DNA from: Candidatus Methanoperedens sp.
GTDB lineage: Archaea > Halobacteriota > Methanosarcinia > Methanosarcinales > Methanoperedenaceae
Length of the DNA stretch: 32,000 nt
Assembly (NCBI GenBank): GCA_041494705.1
Contig: JBGQBI010000004.1
Span: 210,001 to 242,000 of the forward strand
Direction of reading: 5' to 3'
Part shown: one piece after another, positions 13,832 to 22,687 of the stretch
Layout: each line of letters begins with the position of its first letter
Position numbering within the stretch: position 1 is the first letter of the stretch
Position numbers and translations under genes: made by a program
The notes under the pieces: generated by a model
Database searches by the model: none
What the model was told of the DNA's origin: nothing
The model's input: the letters and a program-made list of their open reading frames with translations, nothing else

Positions 13832-14152
13832 ATGAAAAACTTAAGTTTAATCAAAAGAAGGGGTATGCGAAGCATACCCCCAGACCGGATAAAGCGAGGT
13901 GTCGCTAAACTTTTAGAAAAGTTTATTAAAGACAACACGTATGGCTTTGCCATACGTAAACCTTTAAGAAAGGTTTATCAAAAAACTTTAGGAAAGTTTT
14001 ATCAAACGAGGGGTATGCTGCGCATACCCCAACACTGCGCAAGCCGAAGTATCGGCTTTCAAACGACAGGTATGCAACGCATACCTGAACACCACGTAAA
14101 CCGGGGTATCGGTTTACGTGGACACCGAATAAAGCGAGGTGTCGCTTTTTGA
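13832..14152 (+). other. Array of 11 perfect hairpins filling the pstA-pstB gap; also an uninterrupted 106-codon, highly basic ORF
   Basis: Hairpin coordinates are 13860-13880, 13890-13906, 13907-13924, 13937-13957, 13958-13976, 13982-14000, 14010-14030, 14041-14058, 14067-14087, 14093-14120 and 14129-14147. The ATG at 13832 lies 4 nt after the pstA stop. The stop overlaps the pstB TTG start. Confidence 0.8.
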
Positions 14153-15141
14153 AAAGCCATATCAGCATCCAGAATGTCAATGCATTCTACAGCGACCATC
14201 AGGCACTTCGGGGCATAACTGTTGAAATACCGCAAAAGCAGATAACAGCTATCATCGGCCCGAGCGGATGCGGGAAGAGTACCTTGCTCAAGTGTTTCAA
14301 CAGGCTTATCGACCTCACAGACGGAGCAAGAGTATCAGGGAAAATAATAGTGGATGGCATGGATGTGCTCAGCGCCAGCTCTGAAATAACCGAAATAAGG
14401 CGAAGGATGGGTTTGCTTCCGCAAAAGCCAAACCCGCTCCCAATGTCGATATACGATAATGTTGCATACGGGCCCAAGCTGCATGGAAAACCGGACAAGA
14501 AAGAACTGGACGAAATTGTTGAAAAATACCTGAAAATAGCTGGTTTGTGGGATGAAGTGAAAGACCGCCTGAAGTCTCCGGCATCGAAACTCTCCATAGG
14601 GCAGCAGCAGAGGCTCTGCCTTGCAAGAGGACTGGCTGTCGAGCCCGAAATTATCCTGTGCGATGAGCCGACATCAGCATTAGACCCGGTCTCATCGCAG
14701 CATATCGAGGAGCAGCTCCTGAAACTCAAGAAGGATTACACCATCGTGATAGTTACTCACAACATCCACCAGGCAATGAGGCTTGCTGACTACGTTATCC
14801 ATCTATACCTCGGTGAAATCGTGGAACATGGGCCCGCAAATGAAGTGTTTGAAAACCCGAAAGAAGAGAGGACGCGGGCGTATATTAACGGGACTTTCCT
14901 TGTTGATGTGAAAGTGGATAAAGAGATAAATCTGAAAGGAAATGTGTGCCCGTATAATTTTGTGTATGCCAAACAGGCGCTGTCTGCGCTTCCTAAAGGA
15001 AAAATCCTTAAGATAATCGTGGACGATCCCACGGCAGTAACCGAAGTTCCGAGGGGCATGGAAGCCGACGGTCATGAGGTATTAAGCGTGAATCAGCAAA
15101 ATAAAACGGATTGGGAGATAATCATAAGGAAGCAAAGCTAA
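14149..15141 (+). CDS. pstB: Phosphate ABC transporter ATPase PstB fused to a C-terminal TusA-like domain
   Basis: It has Walker A GPSGCGKST, signature LSIGQQQRL and Walker B IILCDEPTSALD. The PstB core ends at RTRAYINGTF (about aa 250). Residues 256-328 read INLKGNVCPYNFVYAKQAL...ILKIIVDDP...GHEVLSV...WEIIIRK, which is the TusA pattern. Confidence 0.85.
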   Translation: MKSHISIQNVNAFYSDHQALRGITVEIPQKQITAIIGPSGCGKSTLLKCFNRLIDLTDGARVSGKIIVDGMDVLSASSEITEIRRRMGLLPQKPNPLPMSIYDNVAYGPKLHGKPDKKELDEIVEKYLKIAGLWDEVKDRLKSPASKLSIGQQQRLCLARGLAVEPEIILCDEPTSALDPVSSQHIEEQLLKLKKDYTIVIVTHNIHQAMRLADYVIHLYLGEIVEHGPANEVFENPKEERTRAYINGTFLVDVKVDKEINLKGNVCPYNFVYAKQALSALPKGKILKIIVDDPTAVTEVPRGMEADGHEVLSVNQQNKTDWEIIIRKQS

Positions 15142-15163
15142 CGCTTTTCTCATATATGACTAA

Positions 15164-16429
15164 TTAACTGCCGTTATCAAGCAGCAATTTTGCAAGGAAT
15201 TTCATGTACATCACAAGGTCTTCCACACGGATATTCTCATCATCCGCATGCGCATTGCTCTCTGTCCTCCTTCCTATCCCGAAGCAGCATGCAGGCAGTC
15301 CCGTGACCTTGACCGCATAAGCAACGTCAAGGCTTCCCTGCGCCCCGGCAAGCCTTACTTCCCTTCCCGCAACTTCGCCTGCCACCCGCTTTACTTCCTT
15401 AACCCATGGATGGTTCATATCAGTGAGCAGGGGGGCGTAAATATCATCACAGCTCATCTTGAAATCAATATCGGGATATTTTTCTCTCACCCGTGAAAGA
15501 GCGGCGTTCATCTCTTTGCAGACATCCTCAAATTTCTCTTCCGGGATATAGCGGCGGTCGCCTTTCATCGTGCACCTGTCAGGCACGATATTCTGTTTAA
15601 CACCCGCATTTATTATTGTGATATTGAGAACCGGCATTAAAGTTTCAATGCCTGTTTTGCGGCTGATTGCGATACTGGCAGGCACTTTTGAGCGTCGTAT
15701 CTCAACTTTTGCCTTGAGTTCCAATAACTCATTCATGACAGGGACGGATTTCTCTATCGCATTTACACCCAGAAAACTGCTGCCGCTGTGGTATGATTTC
15801 CCGATAACATCTATCTGCCAGTCCACGTTCCCGTTTGAGGCGATGGTGATATCGTCGCTGTCCCCGTCCATGCTCAGGAAATAATCCGCAGAAAGTTTAC
15901 CAATGTCTGCAAGATGGCAGAGACCGGAATAGGGCCCCATTTCCTCATCCGTGGTCAGGGCGATGTTCAGGTTATATCCGGGTTTGATGCCAAGTTCCTT
16001 CATGGCAGAAAGCACGGTTAATAGCGCGCTGACGCCTCCTTTTGAGTCTGCCACCCCGCGCCCGAATATGCGTCCTTCCCTCACGGTTACCTCAAACGGC
16101 GGCACACTCCAGTTTGCACTTGCCGGGACGACATCCAGATGCGTATTGATTAAAAGGGTTTCTGGCGCTCCCACATTTAATGTAGCCGATAGATTCACCC
16201 GCTCTGCCGCAAGATGCGAAAGGCGGGGATTTTTTTTCTCGAATAATTCCCGGGGCATGCGGATAATCTCAACTTCAAAATCCAGCTCCCTGAGCCTGCG
16301 GGCAGCCAGTTCCATGACTTTCCCGTAGTTCTCACCGGGCGGGACATGCGTTTGAATGCGCACAAGTTCATCGAGCGTCTTTATTGCAATATCTGTCCTT
16401 GATTCCAGGAAACCGAATAATGCCTTCAT
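15164..16429 (-). CDS. M20-family metallopeptidase / deacylase (ArgE/DapE-like)
   Basis: It contains NTHLDVVPA, GRGVADSKGG and LTTDEEMG. I prefer the ATG at 16429 because the GTG at 16498 would overlap the divergent gene. Confidence 0.8.
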   Translation of the reverse strand: MKALFGFLESRTDIAIKTLDELVRIQTHVPPGENYGKVMELAARRLRELDFEVEIIRMPRELFEKKNPRLSHLAAERVNLSATLNVGAPETLLINTHLDVVPASANWSVPPFEVTVREGRIFGRGVADSKGGVSALLTVLSAMKELGIKPGYNLNIALTTDEEMGPYSGLCHLADIGKLSADYFLSMDGDSDDITIASNGNVDWQIDVIGKSYHSGSSFLGVNAIEKSVPVMNELLELKAKVEIRRSKVPASIAISRKTGIETLMPVLNITIINAGVKQNIVPDRCTMKGDRRYIPEEKFEDVCKEMNAALSRVREKYPDIDFKMSCDDIYAPLLTDMNHPWVKEVKRVAGEVAGREVRLAGAQGSLDVAYAVKVTGLPACCFGIGRRTESNAHADDENIRVEDLVMYMKFLAKLLLDNGS

Positions 16430-16491
16430 CCGGTTCCAAAAGGACTTTATCACCCAAATCCTTTTTGCCTTGATTACAGCTATTAGAGCCG

Positions 16492-17583
16492 ATGGCACTT
16501 GAAGAAGAAATAAAGGCGATTGCGGAAGAAATATCCAAAACTAAATATAATAAGGCTACCGAAGGTCACATCGGGCGCCTTAAATCAAAGATTGCGCATC
16601 TTCGGGATGAAGTGCAGAAGAGGGCTTCTTCAAAAACCGGCGGGGAAGGATTTTCGGTAAAGAAATCAGGCGATGCTTCCGTTGTGCTCGTTGGGTTCCC
16701 GTCTGTAGGCAAAAGCACGCTCCTTAACAGCCTCACGGGTGCGGAATCGGCGGTTGCGGCTTATGAATTCACCACACTGGATGTGGTTCCAGGGGCGATG
16801 GAATATAAGGGGGCAACAATCCAGATACTGGACGTACCCGGACTTGTACGCGGGGCTGCCTCAGGCAGGGGCCGCGGCAAAGAGGTCATCGCTGTAATAC
16901 GGAACGCCGACCTTGCTGTGATATTGCTCGACGTTTTCCAGCTCGTCCATTATGATGTTCTCGTCGAGGAATTAAATGAAGCTGGTATCCGCGTCAATTC
17001 AAGACCGCCTGATGTCACGATAAAGAAAAAAGCAAGAGGCGGAGTTATTATAAGCAGCACTGTTGATCTTGGCCTTGACGAGGACACCATAAAAGCTATC
17101 CTGGGCGAGTACAGAATTCACAACGCCAACATATTGATACGCGAGACGATCACCATCGACCAGTTGATAGATGTTGTCCTTGGTAACAGGAAATATATCC
17201 CTATTATCGTGGTTATCAATAAAATCGACCTTGCGGACGAATATACCCTCAGGAAATGCAAAGAGAAATTCCCGGATGCTGTCCTTGTTTCTGCTGATAA
17301 AAAAGTGCATATTGAAGAGCTTAAAGAAAAATTATATGAAAAACTGGGGTTTATCAGGATTTACCTGAAGCCACAGGGCAAGCCCGCAGACATGGAAGAA
17401 CCCCTGATAGTGAGGGAAGGCTTCACCATCGGCGATGTATGCGACAAGCTTCACCGCGATTTCAAAAAAAGGTTCAGGTATGCGCAGGTCTGGGGTTTAT
17501 CTGCAAAGCATGAGGGACAGCGCGCCGGCCTTGACCATATGATGTACGATGATGATATCCTGACAATAGTGTTGAGGAAATGA
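16492..17583 (+). CDS. DRG-family (Obg-like) GTPase with TGS domain
   Basis: It has G1 GFPSVGKST, G3 DVPGL and G4 NKID, plus the C-terminal TGS-like segment FIRIYLKPQGK... Confidence 0.85.
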   Translation: MALEEEIKAIAEEISKTKYNKATEGHIGRLKSKIAHLRDEVQKRASSKTGGEGFSVKKSGDASVVLVGFPSVGKSTLLNSLTGAESAVAAYEFTTLDVVPGAMEYKGATIQILDVPGLVRGAASGRGRGKEVIAVIRNADLAVILLDVFQLVHYDVLVEELNEAGIRVNSRPPDVTIKKKARGGVIISSTVDLGLDEDTIKAILGEYRIHNANILIRETITIDQLIDVVLGNRKYIPIIVVINKIDLADEYTLRKCKEKFPDAVLVSADKKVHIEELKEKLYEKLGFIRIYLKPQGKPADMEEPLIVREGFTIGDVCDKLHRDFKKRFRYAQVWGLSAKHEGQRAGLDHMMYDDDILTIVLRK

Positions 17584-18005
17584 GACAGATGAAACCCGTA
17601 ACGCCTCTTCTGACCGTGGACGCGCTTATAATATTTGAGGGAAAACTTGTCCTTATCAGGCGCAGGAACACGCCGTTTAAGGATTGTCTCGCGCTCCCAG
17701 GCGGGTTCGTTGAAGTTGGGGAGACGGTTGAGTCTGCTGCCGTTCGCGAGGCAAAGGAAGAGACGGGACTTGATATAGAACTAATCAAGCTCCTCGGCGT
17801 GTATTCTGACCCTTTGCGCGACCCGAGAGGTCATACTGTTTCAATATGTTATCTTGCAAAAGGGAGGGGAAAACTTAAAGCAGGTTCGGATGCTAAGGAT
17901 ATAGGGCTTTTCGGTTTAAGTGAAATACCCGAACTGGCATTTGACCATAATAAAATCATAGAAAACGCCAGGAGTGATATTAATGGAATTTTGTCCGAAG
18001 TGTAA
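17580..18005 (+). CDS. NUDIX hydrolase
   Basis: The Nudix box is GGFVEVGETVESAAVREAKEETGL. It overlaps the upstream gene as ATGA. Confidence 0.85.
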   Translation: MRQMKPVTPLLTVDALIIFEGKLVLIRRRNTPFKDCLALPGGFVEVGETVESAAVREAKEETGLDIELIKLLGVYSDPLRDPRGHTVSICYLAKGRGKLKAGSDAKDIGLFGLSEIPELAFDHNKIIENARSDINGILSEV

Positions 18006-18291
18006 GAGCATGATGATGCCCGCTAAAAATGTCTATAAGTGCAGGAATGCAAAATGCGGGTTCGAAAAAGAGATTAAAGAAAGCTTTGTCTCAAAGACCA
18101 AACGGGATGAGCGTGAGGTAACTGTCCTTGAGGGGCGCGAGATGGGGATGCCCACGACCAGAGCTAAATGCGAAGAGTGCGGAAACGATACTGCTTACTG
18201 GTGGCTCAGGCAGCTCCGCTCTGCTGATGAGAGCGAGGTAAGGTTTTTCAGGTGCACGAAATGCGGGATGACGTGGAGAGAGTATAATTAA
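17983..18291 (+). CDS. tfs: Transcription factor S (TFS / RpoM-like)
   Basis: It has two zinc ribbons (CPKC..CRNAKC and CEEC..CTKC) and the acidic loop RSADE. The ATG at 17983 follows AGGAGTGAT. Confidence 0.85.
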   Translation: MEFCPKCKSMMMPAKNVYKCRNAKCGFEKEIKESFVSKTKRDEREVTVLEGREMGMPTTRAKCEECGNDTAYWWLRQLRSADESEVRFFRCTKCGMTWREYN

Positions 18292-18332
18292 AGGAATAAA
18301 TCTTATAAACCCCGCAACCAAAATAGCCCGTC

Positions 18333-18857
18333 ATGAAGCAGAAACTCACAGTCAACCTCGAAACCGACCTGAAACTCTCCGCAAACGTCTGGAAATTCGG
18401 GGACGATATAGACACCGATGCAATCATCCCGGGCAAATACCTCACAATCAATAAGCCCGGCGAGCTTGCAAAACACGCTTTTGAGGGCGTGCGCCCTGAA
18501 TTCGCAAGCGGGGTGAAGGATGGGGACATAATCGTGGCAGGTTTTAATTTCGGGTGCGGCTCATCGCGCGAACATGCGCCTCTTGCGCTTCGGGGAGCGA
18601 AGGTGAAATGCATCATCGCAAAATCATTTGCCCGCATCTTTTTCAGGAACGCCATAAACATCGGACTTCCGCTTCTTGAGTGCCCTGATACTGATAAGAT
18701 AGAGGAAGGAGACCACATAGAGGTCGAATTTGAGTCCGGGATAATCACCAATACCACAAAGGACGAGACTTACCAGGCAACGCCGCTGCCCGACTTCGTG
18801 CGCGGAATAGTGGATGCCGGAGGTCTCATCGGATATGCACAGAAAATGGTTCAGTGA
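18333..18857 (+). CDS. 3-isopropylmalate/homoaconitate dehydratase small subunit (LeuD/HacB family)
   Basis: It contains WKFGDDIDTDAIIPGKYL and GFNFGCGSSREHAP. No large-subunit gene is adjacent. Confidence 0.8.
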   Translation: MKQKLTVNLETDLKLSANVWKFGDDIDTDAIIPGKYLTINKPGELAKHAFEGVRPEFASGVKDGDIIVAGFNFGCGSSREHAPLALRGAKVKCIIAKSFARIFFRNAINIGLPLLECPDTDKIEEGDHIEVEFESGIITNTTKDETYQATPLPDFVRGIVDAGGLIGYAQKMVQ

Positions 18858-18915
18858 GATTGATTTTTATTATAATTTCTTTACGCACTTCTCGTCTGGC
18901 ATGAAAAAGTGTAAA

Positions 18916-18984
18916 AACCACAGAGAACGCAGAGGACACAGAGAAAAATAACAAATCTCTGTGCTCTCTGTGTCCTCCGTGGTT
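18916..18984 (+). repeat. CCACAGAG hairpin repeat, copy 1
   Basis: The arms AACCACAGAGAACGCAGAGGACACAGAGA and TCTCTGTGCTCTCTGTGTCCTCCGTGGTT form a roughly 29-bp imperfect stem. The copy lies between convergent genes. Confidence 0.85.
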
Positions 18985-19105
18985 AATTATCTGACCGGGA
19001 TTGATAATCCAAATCAACTTATCTATTTCAATAGCGGGATAAGAAAATGCGTTTATACTTTCCTATAGGTTAAAAAAAAGAAATTAGTAATATGCATTTA
19101 GCATA

Positions 19106-19453
19106 TTACTGGCTTGTTTCGTATCTTTTCAGGATGGCTATAACCTGATTCAGCAGGTTCTTTGATTCTGTAAGATGCTTGGCGCCAATGTCTGCCGCCT
19201 TATCAAGATTTGCATCCAGTATTTGCAGGTTCTCCTGAAGCAGGTATATCAGGTACATCATTACGCACCAGTACACTGCGAGAGCCAGGAACGAAAATAT
19301 ACCAATTACTACTAATTGACTGTATATCAGCGACGTGGATTGACCCAGCGGCTGCAATATACCAATTGCATCCATGAAATTCCAGAGTATTACAACTCCA
19401 AATATCATCGGTACAATTGTTGCAAGAATTAAACTTTGTTTGCTCAACCTCAT
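19106..19453 (-). CDS. Hypothetical membrane protein (2 TM helices plus C-terminal coiled segment)
   Basis: The ATG at 19453 lies 7 nt after GGAGG. The hydrophobic segments are LILATIVPMIFGVVILW and VVIGIFSFLALAVYWCVMMYLIYL. Confidence 0.6.
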   Translation of the reverse strand: MRLSKQSLILATIVPMIFGVVILWNFMDAIGILQPLGQSTSLIYSQLVVIGIFSFLALAVYWCVMMYLIYLLQENLQILDANLDKAADIGAKHLTESKNLLNQVIAILKRYETSQ

Positions 19454-19571
19454 GCCTTTACCTCCGGTTGCTCTCATTAAGTTATCTTTCTATTTAAATA
19501 TATCTTACCCCGGCTTATTTTATTCATACCCCATTGGATATTTATATGTAGAGAGCCTCCAATTTTGAATT

Positions 19572-20243
19572 ATGGAAAAAATCGAAACAGAATGTCCTTC
19601 ATGCTCACCCGCAGAACACGTGCCGCATATTGTCCTGAAAGGTACAAAGGACGTACTTTTACAATGTGAAGAATGCGGGTCAGTCCATAAACAGAAAAAA
19701 CCAAAAAATGCGCTCGTGAGAGTCATAGTAAGCAAAAGGGGGGTATCAATCCATACAAGAGCGCTGCTTTCAGGCACGATAAGAAAAGCTGATGAACTCG
19801 TTATAGACGATGAGACAACAGGCGAGGCTGCTCTTGTAAAGGTCACTTCAGTCGAGGTCGGGGATAAACGAATGGATGAAGCCGAGGCGGAAGATATTAA
19901 AACGATTTGGGCGCGCGCGATAGACGAGGTTTTGGTAAAAATCGCAATCAGCCACCGGGAAACCACCGAATCCGTAGAGATGCGTGTGCCTGGCGACCGG
20001 CAATTTGTTATCGGGGATAAGGTAGAGGTAAATAACCGCAAATTGAAAATCATACGGATAAAAATAAGGGATGGCTGTTTTAAAAGCAGGAAAGGTGTAG
20101 CAGTTGCGGCAAAATATATTAAACGCATCTATGCAGACTCGGGTTTCAAGATGCCAAAAAAAATCGGAAGGGCAGTCGGGGAGCGGATTGTGATTAAAAA
20201 GCGGGATTCGGTATGGAGTTTGAAATCCAAAAAAGCAGATTGA
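19572..20243 (+). CDS. Conserved archaeal N-terminal Zn-ribbon protein (COG1326-like), function unknown
   Basis: It has a CPSC...CEEC zinc ribbon followed by a beta-rich body. It overlaps pcm by 31 nt. Confidence 0.65.
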   Translation: MEKIETECPSCSPAEHVPHIVLKGTKDVLLQCEECGSVHKQKKPKNALVRVIVSKRGVSIHTRALLSGTIRKADELVIDDETTGEAALVKVTSVEVGDKRMDEAEAEDIKTIWARAIDEVLVKIAISHRETTESVEMRVPGDRQFVIGDKVEVNNRKLKIIRIKIRDGCFKSRKGVAVAAKYIKRIYADSGFKMPKKIGRAVGERIVIKKRDSVWSLKSKKAD

Positions 20244-20851
20244 TAGAGGAATTAAGGCAGCACGGGATAAGCGAACGCGTCCTGAATGCGATGAAAAGCG
20301 TTCCGCGGCACCTTTTTGTCCCTGAAAAAGAAAAGAAAAATGCGTATGCCGATTATCCTCTGCCCATCGGGTGGGGACAGACCATCTCAGCCCCTCACAT
20401 GGTTGCGATAATGTGCGACATCCTTGACATACAGGACGGCATGAAAATACTTGAGATTGGCGCGGGTTCGGGCTACCATGCCGCCGTGATGGCCGTGCTT
20501 GCGGGCAGCGGTCATGTCTATGCGGTGGAGCGGATAGAAGGGCTGGCGCAATTTGCCCGCGATAACCTGAAAAAGGCAGGCATCACCAATGTCACCGTGA
20601 TAGTAGAGGACGGCTCTCTCGGACTTGCGGGTTACGCGCCATACGACTGCATCAGCGTTGCATGCGCCTCTCCTGAAATCCTGGAGACGTTAACAGACCA
20701 GCTTAAAAAAGGAGGAAAACTCGTTATCCCGGTAGGCAAGTATTTCCAGGAACTTTATCTTGTGACAAAAACCGACGGGCTAAAAAAAGAAGCAAAAGGG
20801 GGCGTTGTGTTCGTGCCCCTTGTGGGTAAAAAAGGTTTCTCTGATTTTTAG
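20213..20851 (+). CDS. pcm: Protein-L-isoaspartate O-methyltransferase
   Basis: It contains [20 protein letters not shown] and the SAM motif [13 protein letters not shown]. Confidence 0.9.
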   Translation: MEFEIQKSRLIEELRQHGISERVLNAMKSVPRHLFVPEKEKKNAYADYPLPIGWGQTISAPHMVAIMCDILDIQDGMKILEIGAGSGYHAAVMAVLAGSGHVYAVERIEGLAQFARDNLKKAGITNVTVIVEDGSLGLAGYAPYDCISVACASPEILETLTDQLKKGGKLVIPVGKYFQELYLVTKTDGLKKEAKGGVVFVPLVGKKGFSDF

Positions 20852-21006
20852 ATTGAATGAAGCTCGCCTGACTGGATTTTCTCAACCAGTTTGTTCCATT
20901 CGTTCTTATTTAATCTCACCGTATTCGCGGCTTCGCCTATCAATACTTCATTTCCAACAACTTCCACTGAAGGACAGCAGCTTTTATCGCAGATGTAAAC
21001 TTTCAT
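20848..21006 (-). CDS. 52-aa Cys-containing small protein ([52 protein letters not shown])
   Basis: An SD GGTGAT lies 4 nt upstream of the ATG. Its stop overlaps the convergent pcm stop. It is absent from the supplied ORF track because it is under 60 aa. Confidence 0.5.
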   Translation of the reverse strand: MKVYICDKSCCPSVEVVGNEVLIGEAANTVRLNKNEWNKLVEKIQSGELHSI

Positions 21007-21094
21007 TGAAATCACCTGCTCTATGTTAGCTGGTATGGATATTAAATTTTAGCATCCATTAACTATATTTCAATGCGTGCCTATGAAAAGGAGC

Positions 21095-22672
21095 ATGAAG
21101 TACATCATAGTCACAGGCGGTGTGATGAGCGGGCTCGGGAAAGGAATAACTGCCGCCTCGATTGGGCGCATTTTAAAAAACAAGGGTTTCAATGTGACCG
21201 CCATCAAGATCGATCCGTACATCAATATCGATGCCGGTACCATGAGCCCCTACCAGCACGGCGAGGTTTTTGTCCTGAAGGACGGGGGCGAGGTGGACCT
21301 TGACCTTGGCAATTATGAACGTTTCCTTGATATCGAACTGACGCGCGAACATAATATCACCACAGGGCAGGTGTACCAGACGGTTATTGAAAAAGAGCGC
21401 CGCGGCGATTATCTCGGTAAGACGGTGCAGATTATCCCGCATATAACAAATGAGATAAAAGAGCGAATCAGGAAAGTTGCAAAGCAAAGCGGCGCTAATA
21501 TCTGTATCATTGAAGTGGGCGGCACTGTTGGCGACATAGAGAGCATGCCTTTCCTTGAATCCATGCGCCAGATGCACAGCGAAGAAAAAGAAGAAGATAT
21601 TGTTTTCGTTCATGTGACGCTTGTGCCCCTTGATACGCAGGGCGAACAGAAGACAAAACCAACGCAGCATTCGGTCAAGGAACTTCGAAGCCTGGGCTTA
21701 CAACCTGATGCAATCGTGGTGCGGTGCAAAGAGCCCGTACTTGCGGAGACCAAATCAAAAATCGCACTTTTCTGCGATGTGCCGGCAAACGCGGTGATAA
21801 GCGCGCATGATGCAAAGGATATTTATTACGTTCCAGCCCTGATGGAACAGGAGGGGCTCTCCGATTATTTAATGGGAAAACTCAAACTCACCCCGCGGGA
21901 AATATCCCATGAATGGGATATACTTATGGAAAAGATGGCTTCCATCGACAGGGAAATACGCATAGCGGTTGTTGGAAAATATGCCCATCTCGGGGATTCC
22001 TACATCAGTATAAGAGAAGCGCTAAAACATGCCGGGATTGAGTGCAGATGCCAGGTCAATATAGACTGGATCGACGCTGAAGAGTTTGAGAGAAAACCTG
22101 CTTCAATTGAAATGCTTAAGGTATACAATGGCATTCTGGTTCCCGGGGGTTTTGGCGTGCGAGGGACTGAAGGCAAGATAATTGCCATTAAATTCGCGAG
22201 GGAAAATAACATCCCATACCTTGGATTGTGCCTCGGCATGCAGCTTGCGGTCATAGAATTTGCCCGGAATGTGGTTGGGCTTGCGGATGCAAATAGCTCT
22301 GAGCTTGCACAGACCGAACATCCTGTTATCGACATACTTCCAGAGCAGGAAAATGTCAGGAATAAGGGCGGCACCATGCGCCTTGGGAACTGCGAGGCGA
22401 TATTAAAGGAAGGGTCACTTGCAAGCAAATTATATGGAAGTACAATCCTTGTCGAACGTCACAGGCACAGGTATGAGGTGAACCCGAAATACATCCAGCA
22501 GATTGAAGCAAAAGGCATGAAATTCACTGGCCGCAACGACCACAGGATGGAGATAGCTGAGATACCGGGGCATAAGTTCTTCTTCAGCTCGCAGTTCCAC
22601 CCTGAATTCAGGTCACGCCCGGGAAAGCCTTCCCCCCCGTTCCTGGCATTCGTGAAGGCCGCGCTTGAGTAG
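21095..22672 (+). CDS. pyrG: CTP synthase
   Basis: It starts [17 protein letters not shown] and has the GATase motif [16 protein letters not shown]. The ATG at 21095 follows AAGGAG. Confidence 0.95.
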   Translation: MKYIIVTGGVMSGLGKGITAASIGRILKNKGFNVTAIKIDPYINIDAGTMSPYQHGEVFVLKDGGEVDLDLGNYERFLDIELTREHNITTGQVYQTVIEKERRGDYLGKTVQIIPHITNEIKERIRKVAKQSGANICIIEVGGTVGDIESMPFLESMRQMHSEEKEEDIVFVHVTLVPLDTQGEQKTKPTQHSVKELRSLGLQPDAIVVRCKEPVLAETKSKIALFCDVPANAVISAHDAKDIYYVPALMEQEGLSDYLMGKLKLTPREISHEWDILMEKMASIDREIRIAVVGKYAHLGDSYISIREALKHAGIECRCQVNIDWIDAEEFERKPASIEMLKVYNGILVPGGFGVRGTEGKIIAIKFARENNIPYLGLCLGMQLAVIEFARNVVGLADANSSELAQTEHPVIDILPEQENVRNKGGTMRLGNCEAILKEGSLASKLYGSTILVERHRHRYEVNPKYIQQIEAKGMKFTGRNDHRMEIAEIPGHKFFFSSQFHPEFRSRPGKPSPPFLAFVKAALE

Positions 22673-22687
22673 TATTCCAAGAGGAAA

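Noticed and set aside
13850-14150. Hairpin array as a CRISPR array
   Set aside because: The units are not identical direct repeats separated by unique spacers of constant length. They are different palindromes placed back to back, and no cas genes are present.
13926-14180. 84-aa minus-strand ORF across the pstA-pstB hairpin array
   Set aside because: It is a mirror image produced by the palindromes. It has no SD and runs antisense into the pstB start.
14199-14729. 176-aa minus-strand ORF (also 14369-14626, 14790-15075)
   Set aside because: It is antisense to pstB, which has clear Walker A, signature and Walker B motifs.
16430-16498. GTG-initiated extension of the M20 peptidase
   Set aside because: It would overlap the divergent DRG start. 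The ATG at 16429 gives a typical N-terminus.
18248-18757. 169-aa minus-strand ORF
   Set aside because: It is antisense to the LeuD-family gene, which carries the GCGSSREHAP motif.
18826-19017. 63-aa minus-strand ORF
   Set aside because: It is made almost entirely of CCACAGAG hairpin repeat copy 1.
19520-20128. 202-aa minus-strand ORF
   Set aside because: It is antisense to the Zn-ribbon protein gene, and its Ser/Thr/Ile-rich composition is of low complexity.
21173-22428. Minus-strand ORFs inside pyrG (21173-21670, 22000-22428, 22103-22321)
   Set aside because: They are antisense to an unambiguous CTP synthase gene.
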